Sequence record: KJ019103.1
Strand: one strand, 5' to 3'
DNA length: 64,000 bases
Shown here: one piece after another, positions 17,996 through 26,370 of the stretch
How positions within the stretch are numbered: the stretch's first letter is position 1
Layout: each line of letters starts with the position of its first letter
The notes under the pieces: model-generated
What the model saw: the letters and a program-made list of their open reading frames with translations, nothing else
Told to the model about the DNA's origin: nothing
Database searches by the model: none
Program-made: the position numbers and the translations under genes

Positions 17996-19075
17996 ATGGC
18001 TTCAACACTTACACGCCGTCAAGGCGCATCTATCTGGGATCAGTTTTGTTCCTGGGTCACATCAACCAACAATCGTCTTTACGTCGGTTGGTTCGGTGTT
18101 CTAATGATTCCTACATTGTTAGCCGCAACTGTATGTTTCATTATCGCTTTCGTGGGTGCTCCCCCAGTGGACATCGACGGAATCCGTGAACCAGTAGCTG
18201 GTTCACTCATGTATGGAAACAACATCATCTCTGGTGCAGTTGTTCCTAGTTCAAACGCAATCGGTCTACACTTCTACCCAATCTGGGAAGCAGCCACACT
18301 CGACGAATGGCTCTACAACGGTGGTCCTTTCCAACTAGTTGTCTTCCACTTCCTTATTGGTATCTACGCCTATATGGGACGTGAGTGGGAACTCTCTTAT
18401 CGTTTAGGTATGAGACCTTGGATCTGTGTAGCATACTCTGCACCAGTTGCAGCAGCTTCAGCAGTATTCCTAGTCTATCCTTTCGGTCAAGGTTCATTCT
18501 CAGACGCGATGCCCTTGGGTATCTCTGGAACATTCAACTACATGTTGGTCTTCCAAGCAGAACATAACATCTTGATGCACCCCTTCCACATGTTGGGAGT
18601 CGCAGGTGTCTTCGGTGGTTCATTGTTCTCAGCGATGCATGGTTCACTTGTTACATCTTCACTCGTAAGAGAGACAACTGAAACAGAATCCCAGAACTAT
18701 GGTTACAAGTTTGGACAAGAAGAGGAGACCTACAACATCGTTGCAGCCCATGGCTACTTCGGTCGTTTGATCTTCCAATACGCCTCATTCAACAACTCAC
18801 GCTCACTCCACTTCTTCTTAGCCGCATGGCCAGTTGTGGGTATCTGGTTCACCGCACTTGGTGTTTCCACAATGGCATTCAACCTCAATGGTTTCAACTT
18901 CAACCAGTCCGTCATTGATGGACAAGGTAGAGTTCTTAACACCTGGGCGGATGTATTGAACAGAGCTGGTCTAGGTATGGAGGTGATGCATGAGAGAAAT
19001 GCACACAACTTCCCACTAGATTTGGCAGCAGCTGAGTCCACACCTGTGGCTCTAATTGCACCATCTGTTGGTTGA
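17996..19075 (+). CDS. psbA: Photosystem II D1 protein (uninterrupted)
   Basis: [29 protein letters not shown] and [15 protein letters not shown]. Confidence 0.99.
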   Translation: MASTLTRRQGASIWDQFCSWVTSTNNRLYVGWFGVLMIPTLLAATVCFIIAFVGAPPVDIDGIREPVAGSLMYGNNIISGAVVPSSNAIGLHFYPIWEAATLDEWLYNGGPFQLVVFHFLIGIYAYMGREWELSYRLGMRPWICVAYSAPVAAASAVFLVYPFGQGSFSDAMPLGISGTFNYMLVFQAEHNILMHPFHMLGVAGVFGGSLFSAMHGSLVTSSLVRETTETESQNYGYKFGQEEETYNIVAAHGYFGRLIFQYASFNNSRSLHFFLAAWPVVGIWFTALGVSTMAFNLNGFNFNQSVIDGQGRVLNTWADVLNRAGLGMEVMHERNAHNFPLDLAAAESTPVALIAPSVG

Positions 19076-19096
19076 TCACTCAACCTGTGATATGAT

Positions 19097-19130
19097 AAAA
19101 GGGGACTTCGGTCCCCTTTCTTTTTCTTTT
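19097..19130 (+). terminator. Rho-independent terminator after psbA
   Basis: aaaaggggac-ttcg-gtcccctttcttttt. Confidence 0.85.
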
Positions 19131-19145
19131 GTAATGTAAAGTTTT

Positions 19146-19376
19146 ATGTCCCACGATCTAATCGAATTGCTCACTTACTATGTGATCGGTGGTGCCCTTA
19201 TCATAGGACCACCCGCTATCTTTCTCATCATTGCTATGATGGCAGCACTCCAAAATACGAAAGGTCGCATGGTTGGATACAAAGATCACAAAACTTATGG
19301 TGATTCATCTATCTACGATCCGGCACCAAAATTGCCAGTAGATCAAACAAAATTCTTCCTGGAACTTAACAACTGA
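19146..19376 (+). CDS. Small single-TM hypothetical protein between psbA and psbD
   Basis: Hydrophobic N-terminal half; ORF fills the intergenic space. Confidence 0.65.
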   Translation: MSHDLIELLTYYVIGGALIIGPPAIFLIIAMMAALQNTKGRMVGYKDHKTYGDSSIYDPAPKLPVDQTKFFLELNN

Positions 19377-19387
19377 GGTAAACAAAA

Positions 19388-20443
19388 ATGACGACAAGTA
19401 CACTTACAACACCACAAAGGGGGTGGTATGATATTTTGGAGGATTGGCTTCAGAGAGATAGGTTTATCTTTATTGGCTGGTCTGGATTACTACTTCTTCC
19501 CACTGCTTATCTTGCCATTGGCGGCTGGCTTACTGGCACAACTTTTGTCACGAGTTGGTACACCCATGGTCTTGCTTCTTCCTATCTTGAGGGTGCTAAC
19601 TTTCTCACGGCGGCTGTCTCGACTCCTGCTGATGCTATGGGTCATTCTCTTCTTCTACTTTGGGGTCCTGAATCTCAGGGCGACTTCCAGCGGTGGCTCC
19701 AACTTGGAGGGCTTTGGTCCTTTGTTGCTCTCCACGGTGCCTTCGCTTTAATTGGATTCATGCTTCGTCAGTTTGAACTGTCACGACTCATTGGTATCCG
19801 TCCCTACAACGCTATTGCATTCAGTGGTCCTATCGCTGTATTTGTCAGTGTGTTTCTTCTATACCCACTAGGTCAATCTTCCTGGTTCTTTGCCCCCTCC
19901 TTTGGTGTGGCAGCAATCTTTAGATTCCTATTGTTTCTTCAGGGTTTCCACAACTGGACACTGAACCCCTTCCATATGATGGGAGTTGCTGGTATACTAG
20001 GTGGAGCACTACTATCTGCAATCCATGGCGTTACTGTTGAAAATACCCTATATGAAGATGGAGAACAGAATAACACCTTCACTGCGTTCGATTCCACCCA
20101 GGAGGAAGAGACCTATTCGATGGTTACTGCGAACCGCTTCTGGTCGCAAATCTTCGGGGTTGCGTTTAGTAATAAGCGTTGGCTTCACTTCTTTATGTTG
20201 TTTGTTCCTGTCATGGGTCTTTGGGTCTCAAGTATTGGGATCATTGGGCTTGCTCTTAATCTTCGTGCTTATGATTTTGTGAGCCAAGAGATTAGAGCAG
20301 CAGAAGATCCTGAGTTTGAAACTTTCTACACAAAGAACATCCTTCTTAACGAAGGACTAAGAGCATGGATGGCACCTGTGGATCAACCACATGAGTCATT
20401 TGTATTCCCAGAAGAAGTTCTACCTAGAGGTAACGCATTGTGA
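19388..20443 (+). CDS. psbD: Photosystem II D2 protein
   Basis: [25 protein letters not shown] and [12 protein letters not shown]. Confidence 0.99.
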   Translation: MTTSTLTTPQRGWYDILEDWLQRDRFIFIGWSGLLLLPTAYLAIGGWLTGTTFVTSWYTHGLASSYLEGANFLTAAVSTPADAMGHSLLLLWGPESQGDFQRWLQLGGLWSFVALHGAFALIGFMLRQFELSRLIGIRPYNAIAFSGPIAVFVSVFLLYPLGQSSWFFAPSFGVAAIFRFLLFLQGFHNWTLNPFHMMGVAGILGGALLSAIHGVTVENTLYEDGEQNNTFTAFDSTQEEETYSMVTANRFWSQIFGVAFSNKRWLHFFMLFVPVMGLWVSSIGIIGLALNLRAYDFVSQEIRAAEDPEFETFYTKNILLNEGLRAWMAPVDQPHESFVFPEEVLPRGNAL

Positions 20444-20685
20444 TTAACGCACTCTTCACTTTTATATTTGCTGCGGTGATGTGGGTGCAAGTCCCACAGT
20501 GGCAGGATGATTGGTCTAAGTGCGCAGTAGATGTACCTGATGTTCAATGTCATTGGTATATCACAGCACCCGATAGCACCATGGGTGAAGGATTTAGTTG
20601 GGCGAATGCCCCTTGGTTCAGTGCTGAAGGTCTCCTTGATATTGGAGAACTTCACAACACAGTTCAATCACTTCAGGAGGCATGA
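20440..20685 (+). CDS. Hypothetical secreted/membrane protein
   Basis: GTGA overlap with psbD; signal-like N-terminus. Confidence 0.6.
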   Translation: MINALFTFIFAAVMWVQVPQWQDDWSKCAVDVPDVQCHWYITAPDSTMGEGFSWANAPWFSAEGLLDIGELHNTVQSLQEA

Positions 20686-20897
20686 TGAATATATTATTTT
20701 TAGTATTATACTTCGTCTGCTTCTGTCTCATTGCAGGTGGTGCCGCAGCTATGATGTATGCAAACATACAATCTATCTGGAACACACCACCCGCTCCACC
20801 TAAACCAATTCATCCTGAGGCACCTGTAGCAGGTGAAGAGGTTATGTATGTCGATCTAACAAGAGAAAAACTGGAAGATTTGTACCATGAACATTGA
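20682..20897 (+). CDS. Small membrane protein (DUF2973-like)
   Basis: TM helix followed by IHPEAP...EVMYVDL; family assignment is from memory. Confidence 0.55.
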   Translation: MMNILFLVLYFVCFCLIAGGAAAMMYANIQSIWNTPPAPPKPIHPEAPVAGEEVMYVDLTREKLEDLYHEH

Positions 20898-21009
20898 ATA
20901 CCTTTTAGGTTGGGTTGCTATTCTTGTTTTGTTTATAGCAACACAGAATACTGATGATGACGATGATCCAGAAGGTGGTATGATGGTTCCTTCCACTCAA
21001 TCTACATAA
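20887..21009 (+). CDS. Small membrane protein (40 aa; DDDDDPEGGMMVP); not in the ORF track
   Basis: TM helix plus acidic tail; ends before the terminator. Confidence 0.55.
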   Translation: MNIEYLLGWVAILVLFIATQNTDDDDDPEGGMMVPSTQST

Positions 21010-21015
21010 CAAAAC

Positions 21016-21047
21016 TACAAGGGGATTGCTAACAATCCTCTTTTTTT
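21016..21047 (+). terminator. Rho-independent terminator
   Basis: aaggggatt-gctaac-aatcctcttttttt. Confidence 0.7.
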
Positions 21048-21131
21048 GTGTCGTTATTTTGTTTGATTGTTATATATTGTGTGTATTCTCACACAAACCA
21101 TATACATAGAGTGTAGAACAAGAGGAGTATT

Positions 21132-21332
21132 ATGTTATCGCATAATCTTATTTCGCATAACCAATTAGAAGGTTGGCGAGAATCTTTTCAGAAGATAGAT
21201 AAATCTACCAATAGAACAACAGACGAACTAAACCTAATTAATGATTACTATGATTGCTTAATAGAGTGTGATGATAACCAATCAGCATGTAAGCGTATCT
21301 GTAAACATGTATTGACATCTCCACCAATTTAA
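21132..21332 (+). CDS. Small protein with CxxxC..CxxxC motif
   Basis: GAGGAG RBS; YYDCLIECDDNQSACKRIC; followed by a terminator at about 21344-21371. Confidence 0.7.
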   Translation: MLSHNLISHNQLEGWRESFQKIDKSTNRTTDELNLINDYYDCLIECDDNQSACKRICKHVLTSPPI

Positions 21333-21371
21333 ATATGTTAGAATGGAGGGTATAACAACCCTCCTTTTTTT

Positions 21372-21539
21372 ATGCGATTCGATTTAACCATGGATGATTA
21401 TGCCATCATCCTCAACGCATTACACTATTATAAGAAAGTAGAGAAGCGTGGCAACTTCAAGCAGTATAATGAGGAGCGAGTTAACGATCTTAGGGACCGA
21501 ATGGCCCACCAAATCGTCTGGGAACAGGGTGAAGAGTAG
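21372..21539 (+). CDS. Small hypothetical protein (55 aa); not in the ORF track
   Basis: MRFDLTMDDYAIILNALHYYKKVEKRG... Confidence 0.55.
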   Translation: MRFDLTMDDYAIILNALHYYKKVEKRGNFKQYNEERVNDLRDRMAHQIVWEQGEE

Positions 21540-21654
21540 CAAATACCACCATTTTCAGGAACCTCTCACCAAACCTTTGGGATACACTATGGGAAAACGG
21601 GTTGTTGATCGCCTATAATAAGGGGGTAGAACACAACTGGAGAGAAAATCCACT

Positions 21655-22038
21655 ATGAAAATCCAACAATCAATGCTTCGTCGTCTTGCCGCTAAGAAGG
21701 GAAAGAAGCAGAACGGATTCACACTAATTGAACTGATGGTGGTTGTTGCTATCGTTGGTGTATTGTCGGCTGTTGGTCTCCCTCAGTTGTTGAAAGCACA
21801 AGACCGAGCAAAGATCTCAGTAGCACAACAGGAAGCAGTCAACTACGCTAAAGAGTGTTCTATCTCCATTCTTACAGGTGGTGATGGTCCTGTCGTTGCT
21901 AACTTTTCAACAGTTCCTGCCGACCAAACCTGTGCCGCTGGTACTGATGTAACCGCTTTATCTGATACTGAGACAGTAGTAACCTGGACAGTAGAAATGG
22001 AAGGCGGCATCCCTGGCGTTCCTTCTTCCGATGAGTGA
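21655..22038 (+). CDS. pilA: Type IV pilin (prepilin with class III signal peptide)
   Basis: Basic leader, then G^FTLIELMVVVAIVGVLSAVGLP; C-terminal Cys pair. Confidence 0.9.
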   Translation: MKIQQSMLRRLAAKKGKKQNGFTLIELMVVVAIVGVLSAVGLPQLLKAQDRAKISVAQQEAVNYAKECSISILTGGDGPVVANFSTVPADQTCAAGTDVTALSDTETVVTWTVEMEGGIPGVPSSDE

Positions 22039-22044
22039 TCTATT

Positions 22045-22608
22045 ATGAACCTAATGTCCACCATGGTGGGACTTAGCATCATGGGGGCTTCTGCCCCCGC
22101 TATGATGAAAATGTCCATGGCACCATATGAAGCACAACTAAGAGCACAAAACCTAGGTGTAGCCGAAACTGCTGCTGTAGTATTCGCCGCTACTTACGAA
22201 GGTAAGCTCGAACTCCCAGAAGATACAGACACCTGTGTATCAAAACTACGTGAAGGTACTGCAAACGCTTTTAGCGTTACCTGTACTGAAGGTGATGGTA
22301 GGTATGTTCAGTCTGTAACTCGTGCATTCCGTCTAGCTGTTCCCGATGAAGGACTAGACGGTGGTAATGCAACTGATACAAGCAGAGAGTTTGCATTTGA
22401 AACTCCTACTCGTTTCTCAGGACACCAATGTCCTGGTTATGATTCCTGGGGAGTCAACGGTTACAATGACAAAAACTACTCTGCCTTAGGTGGAGCTTGT
22501 ATTCCTAACGATGGATGGAATCAAACTAATTATCAGTTCTCTGATCCAGACGCTTGGCTTTATGACATCAACAACCGTAATGGTTGGGGAGCACATCCTG
22601 ACTACTAA
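22045..22608 (+). CDS. Pilin-like/minor pilin-like protein lacking a cleavable leader
   Basis: N-terminal hydrophobic helix MNLMSTMVGLSIMGASAP; Cys pairs; adjacent to pilA. Confidence 0.5.
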   Translation: MNLMSTMVGLSIMGASAPAMMKMSMAPYEAQLRAQNLGVAETAAVVFAATYEGKLELPEDTDTCVSKLREGTANAFSVTCTEGDGRYVQSVTRAFRLAVPDEGLDGGNATDTSREFAFETPTRFSGHQCPGYDSWGVNGYNDKNYSALGGACIPNDGWNQTNYQFSDPDAWLYDINNRNGWGAHPDY

Positions 22609-22790
22609 TGATTGAGTTACTCGCATCTAGCATTATCATTTACGGTAATGCCAACGGGGTGTGGTCTCCCTCACATCCCGATATTTATCCTTATTCAGAA
22701 CCACCTACACGAGTAGAAAAACCTGAAATTCCAAAAACATCTACGACTAGCGGAAATGGAGATATCATTTTCCCTCAACTATTAGAATAA
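22608..22790 (+). CDS. Small hypothetical protein, coupled to the pilin-like gene
   Basis: TAATG overlap; begins MIELLASSIII. Confidence 0.55.
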   Translation: MIELLASSIIIYGNANGVWSPSHPDIYPYSEPPTRVEKPEIPKTSTTSGNGDIIFPQLLE

Positions 22791-22810
22791 CTAAAACTAG
22801 GAAACACACA

Positions 22811-22834
22811 CAGGAGGGAAACCCTCCTTTTTTT
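22811..22834 (+). terminator. Rho-independent terminator closing the pilin operon
   Basis: caggaggg-aaa-ccctccttttttt. Confidence 0.75.
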
Positions 22835-22849
22835 GTGCTATAATTATAA

Positions 22850-23149
22850 GTGAGTTGTGAGATTTCTATGGACGAAAGAATAAGAACTTTATATGTCTTT
22901 CAGTCGGATGATCGTCTTATAACTCATGACGGGCATGTCCAACTAGGTTGTCATAACATGACCATGGAAAAGTTTATGTCTTTCGATAGGGAGAATATCC
23001 GATACATCGAAACCTACTGGTTGCCTGATGTATTTGGAAATAGGTATAAGCGTTCTAACTTCCAAGCACACCAGAGGGTATCTGGGGAGAAGGGTGTATT
23101 AGAACTATCTAATAACCAACCAGGAAACAGACTTGATAGGTCTGTATAA
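22850..23149 (+). CDS. Hypothetical protein
   Basis: ORF after a TGCTATAAT element. Confidence 0.6.
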   Translation: MSCEISMDERIRTLYVFQSDDRLITHDGHVQLGCHNMTMEKFMSFDRENIRYIETYWLPDVFGNRYKRSNFQAHQRVSGEKGVLELSNNQPGNRLDRSV

Positions 23150-23387
23150 GGCACCTATATACACAAAAAGGATTCCTATGGGACCTATAATTGTATTTGC
23201 TTGTTTTCTACCTATAGTTGCTATATTCATTGTAATAAAACTAGCTGTTTGGGTAGAAGCTGTTAACTCCGAAACAAACTATGTCAGAGAAGAATCTTCA
23301 AGACAACGAGGACCTTGGGTGGAAAACCCATATGAGGATATTGATGTTGAGGAAGAGGAGTATGGAGATCGCACAGACTATCGATGA
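23133..23387 (+). CDS. Small membrane protein (probable start 23178)
   Basis: TM helix PIIVFACFLPIVAIFIVI plus acidic tail. Confidence 0.55.
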   Translation: MIGLYKAPIYTKRIPMGPIIVFACFLPIVAIFIVIKLAVWVEAVNSETNYVREESSRQRGPWVENPYEDIDVEEEEYGDRTDYR

Positions 23388-23514
23388 AGCGATTAACGAC
23401 TATTATTCGCTTCATGGACTCCCTGTTCCCGATTGGAAACTGAAAAAGAATCCAGACTGGTGGATTGAATACTTACTTTCTCTTGGATTAACTGATAACA
23501 ATGAACCCCTTTAA
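23281..23514 (+). CDS. Hypothetical protein (probable start at MEIAQT)
   Basis: Overlapping operon arrangement; Trp-rich C-terminus. Confidence 0.5.
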   Translation: MSEKNLQDNEDLGWKTHMRILMLRKRSMEIAQTIDEAINDYYSLHGLPVPDWKLKKNPDWWIEYLLSLGLTDNNEPL

Positions 23515-23671
23515 GATACTCGGACCTTTCCTGAACCTATTGGTGGTGTATAGTCTATGGTATTCTGACTTATACAGTAGGAATCGATACTACGCATATG
23601 GTATTGTACTACTACACATTCTCGTACTGGCATCAATTCCAACCATACCCGCAATTCTATATTGGTATTAA
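23501..23671 (+). CDS. Small two-TM membrane protein (56 aa); not in the ORF track
   Basis: MNPFKILGPFLNLLVVYSLW...LHILVLASIPTIPAILYWY; stop lies 2 nt before the talC start. Confidence 0.5.
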   Translation: MNPFKILGPFLNLLVVYSLWYSDLYSRNRYYAYGIVLLHILVLASIPTIPAILYWY

Positions 23672-23673
23672 TT

Positions 23674-24324
23674 ATGAAGATCTTTTTAGACACTGCTGAC
23701 TTGAATGAGATCAGAGAAGCATCATCCACTGGTTTGATTGATGGGGTGACTACCAACCCAACACTCATTCTAAAGAGTGGTAATGACCTATACTCCACTG
23801 CAAAACTATTACAACTAGAATACCCCACATTTGAGAGTATCTCCACTGAGGTGGTTGCAGACACCGCAGAGGAGATGGTAGAACAGGCACGTCAGTATCT
23901 TAATATTGGATCTGCAATCACTGTTAAGGTTCCTTGTACTGTAGAGGGTCTTAAGGCGTGTAGAACACTCTCAGAGGAGGGTGTGAAGACCAATGTGACC
24001 CTTGTGTTCTCTGTATCCCAGGCTATCCTGGCAGCTAAGTCAGGAGCCACCTACGTGTCTCCCTTTGTTGGTAGGGTGAATGATAACTCCTTCAGTGGAG
24101 TTGCACTTATCCAAGCTATCTCAGAGACCTTCTCCCTACACAGGGTGAAGACAGAGGTATTGGCAGCTTCAGTTCGTGAAGCAAACCAAGTAGGACGTTG
24201 TTTTGCAGCTGGTGCTGACATTTGCACCATCCCAACCAAAGTATTCTGGAAGATGTACGAGCACATTCTCACAGAGAAAGGTTTAGAACTCTTCCAAAAG
24301 GACTGGGAGAACTCAGTACGATAA
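23674..24324 (+). CDS. talC: Transaldolase (TalC/FSA-type)
   Basis: MKIFLDTA, GVTTNPTL, VKVPCT, TNVTLVFS and YVSPFVGR. Confidence 0.97.
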   Translation: MKIFLDTADLNEIREASSTGLIDGVTTNPTLILKSGNDLYSTAKLLQLEYPTFESISTEVVADTAEEMVEQARQYLNIGSAITVKVPCTVEGLKACRTLSEEGVKTNVTLVFSVSQAILAAKSGATYVSPFVGRVNDNSFSGVALIQAISETFSLHRVKTEVLAASVREANQVGRCFAAGADICTIPTKVFWKMYEHILTEKGLELFQKDWENSVR

Positions 24325-24345
24325 AGTGTGAATATTCACACTTTA
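24322..24345. repeat. Perfect 24-bp palindrome
   Basis: taaagtgtgaat|attcacacttta is self-complementary. Confidence 0.9.
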
Positions 24346-24387
24346 AGTATTATATAAATATTAAAGAATACATATTTCTTTGCATAA

Positions 24388-24594
24388 ATGAAACGTCCAG
24401 CCTTTTATTTGGTTGCGAGTGTTGTTATTGTTCAGATGTTAATGGCGGCGGGGGTATTATTTGGTTGTTTTGCACGACCGGATCCCCGTTGTACCGGAGA
24501 TAAGGCATCTGATTTACTGAATAATATTATTGTACAAACTTTCGCACTCTATGCGGCTGAGAAAGTTTCCCATAAAGACGATAAACAAGTATAG
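24388..24594 (+). CDS. Small membrane protein after a late promoter
   Basis: TM helix with LFGC; TATAAATA at 24353. Confidence 0.6.
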   Translation: MKRPAFYLVASVVIVQMLMAAGVLFGCFARPDPRCTGDKASDLLNNIIVQTFALYAAEKVSHKDDKQV

Positions 24595-24633
24595 TGTGGT
24601 AGAATAGGGGAGAACACCTCCACCTATTTTTTT

Positions 24634-25122
24634 ATGCCTATCAATAAAGAGTATTATGATAAATGGTATGGGATATGGAGTTCCCAATCAGAAGATGTAT
24701 TGGAAGTTACTGCCTTAGTTAGAGCTATTGAATGTACTAATGGGTGTATTCAGTGGGCGTTTAGGGACGATGATGACAGGTCACTACCCATTGAGAAGAC
24801 CAGAGAGGCTATGAAACTCTCCATGGGTGTGATGAAGAATAAGGTTTTACCATTCCCTGATGGTGGGAAGTTTGTTATCCCAGAGGATGTAGTTCCCCTC
24901 ATGGATAAGTCCAGAGATATTTACATTAGAGGATTCAAACAAGGTGATGAGGATGCCTACCAAGAGTTTATGGCACTATCCAAGTCACACTTTGTTGTAA
25001 TGGGTAGAGAGAGGATGGATAGAAACTTCCAGAAAGTGAAGGACCATTTCATAGATGTGTTTAGTGACTACTGGATTGAGATGGGTAGGGGATACGTTTA
25101 TGCCCTTGGGGAGTTTGTATAA
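24634..25122 (+). CDS. Hypothetical protein
   Basis: 162-aa ORF with phage codon usage. Confidence 0.7.
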   Translation: MPINKEYYDKWYGIWSSQSEDVLEVTALVRAIECTNGCIQWAFRDDDDRSLPIEKTREAMKLSMGVMKNKVLPFPDGGKFVIPEDVVPLMDKSRDIYIRGFKQGDEDAYQEFMALSKSHFVVMGRERMDRNFQKVKDHFIDVFSDYWIEMGRGYVYALGEFV

Positions 25123-25146
25123 ATATCGGGTATCGCTTCTCCTCCA

Positions 25147-25338
25147 ATGGACGAAAATAGTGCATCACGTATTTTAGATTCAGCGGGAAAGGGTGGGCAT
25201 GTTAATCCTACTGCCCTGGCTGTTGCTATCCGTGCCGCAGTGAAGGAATGTCTAGACCATAATGGTATGGTTAGTATGTCATCCCTCTACGAACTCAGTT
25301 GTCAGTTGGAAAAGAAGGGAAAAGAGTGGTATGATTAG
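25147..25338 (+). CDS. Hypothetical protein
   Basis: ORF after a late promoter. Confidence 0.55.
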   Translation: MDENSASRILDSAGKGGHVNPTALAVAIRAAVKECLDHNGMVSMSSLYELSCQLEKKGKEWYD

Positions 25339-25358
25339 TAAACTTATTTGGTGATGTC

Positions 25359-25559
25359 ATGAGTGAAAAACTTTGGGTGAAGATGGCGGAAGTATTCTAC
25401 AATAAGGATGCCGAGACCGCAGAGCGAATGGGAGTTGAGAACTTCTTCAATAAAGCAGCATCTAGAATGATTACAGTTGTTGCTGAGAGTATTGATGGGG
25501 AGGAGAGACTATACCTAGAAGAGCAATCCAAAATAGCAGAGGCTGAACAACGAGTATGA
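25359..25559 (+). CDS. Hypothetical protein
   Basis: ORF in operon context. Confidence 0.55.
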   Translation: MSEKLWVKMAEVFYNKDAETAERMGVENFFNKAASRMITVVAESIDGEERLYLEEQSKIAEAEQRV

Positions 25560-25783
25560 ACACTTACTATGTGATAGTATACACACTAGTATTCTTTGTT
25601 GGTGTATGTATTATTGAACCCAACCTACTCAAGTGGATAGAACTCCAGTTTAAGTGGGCAGGTATAAACGTTAGAAGAGCTATACTTATAGTTCAATTTC
25701 ATCCACGTAACTTTGTTACCAACTGGATAATTCGTAGGAAGTTTCAGAAGATTATCAGAGAACATAGTCAACCTAAAGAGTAG
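25556..25783 (+). CDS. Small membrane protein
   Basis: ATGA overlap; TM N-terminus. Confidence 0.55.
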   Translation: MNTYYVIVYTLVFFVGVCIIEPNLLKWIELQFKWAGINVRRAILIVQFHPRNFVTNWIIRRKFQKIIREHSQPKE

Positions 25784-25955
25784 GAGTTAGTTGTGATTGA
25801 GACTTTGGCGTTTGTTTTCCTTTCATGCCAAGATGCACGTCAGGTTGCAGATCGTGCAATGAATACTGAGAGTATTACCAAAGAAGTAGCCATAGAAGTT
25901 ATTATTGAACTTGATATAGCTTCTGGCGGCAAATGTAACTTACCTGGAATAACTG

Positions 25956-26345
25956 ATGGGCATGTTTGATACTATAAGATGCTCCTATGATATTGGAGAA
26001 CTAACTGATGTAGAATGTCAGTCTAAGAATATAGATGATTGGGGAGGCACTATGTCTTTCTATTGGGTAGATCCTAATGGGAGGTTGTGGTCTCCCAGTT
26101 ATGCTGGAACCTATGACTTTGTTCCTGAAGAGGGACCCTTCCCTGAGCTCGGAAAGGGGAAGCTTAGTCATGTACAATATTTGGGTACTACACCTAATGG
26201 AACTCATGGGAAGTATCAGTTCGTATCTATGACAAGATGTATAGAGATATATGATACAAAAACACATGCAGATGGGTATGTAGAGTTTGTGACATGTTAT
26301 TTGTCATTCTACCAAGGACTACTGAGAGATTACTTTTATAAATAA
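25956..26345 (+). CDS. Hypothetical phage protein (MGMFDTIRC... family)
   Basis: GMFD...QSK pattern seen in many phage hypotheticals. Confidence 0.65.
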   Translation: MGMFDTIRCSYDIGELTDVECQSKNIDDWGGTMSFYWVDPNGRLWSPSYAGTYDFVPEEGPFPELGKGKLSHVQYLGTTPNGTHGKYQFVSMTRCIEIYDTKTHADGYVEFVTCYLSFYQGLLRDYFYK

Positions 26346-26370
26346 GTCCATATAGAGTTGTTTTTAACCA

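Noticed and set aside
17996-19376. Group I intron in psbA, or an F-CphI-type homing endonuclease between psbA and psbD
   Set aside because: psbA is a continuous 359-aa ORF, and the intergenic ORF is a small TM protein with no nuclease motif.
21132-21332. CP12 call
   Set aside because: It lacks the CP12 AWD.VEEL core and the C-terminal C..xP...EC..Y motif.
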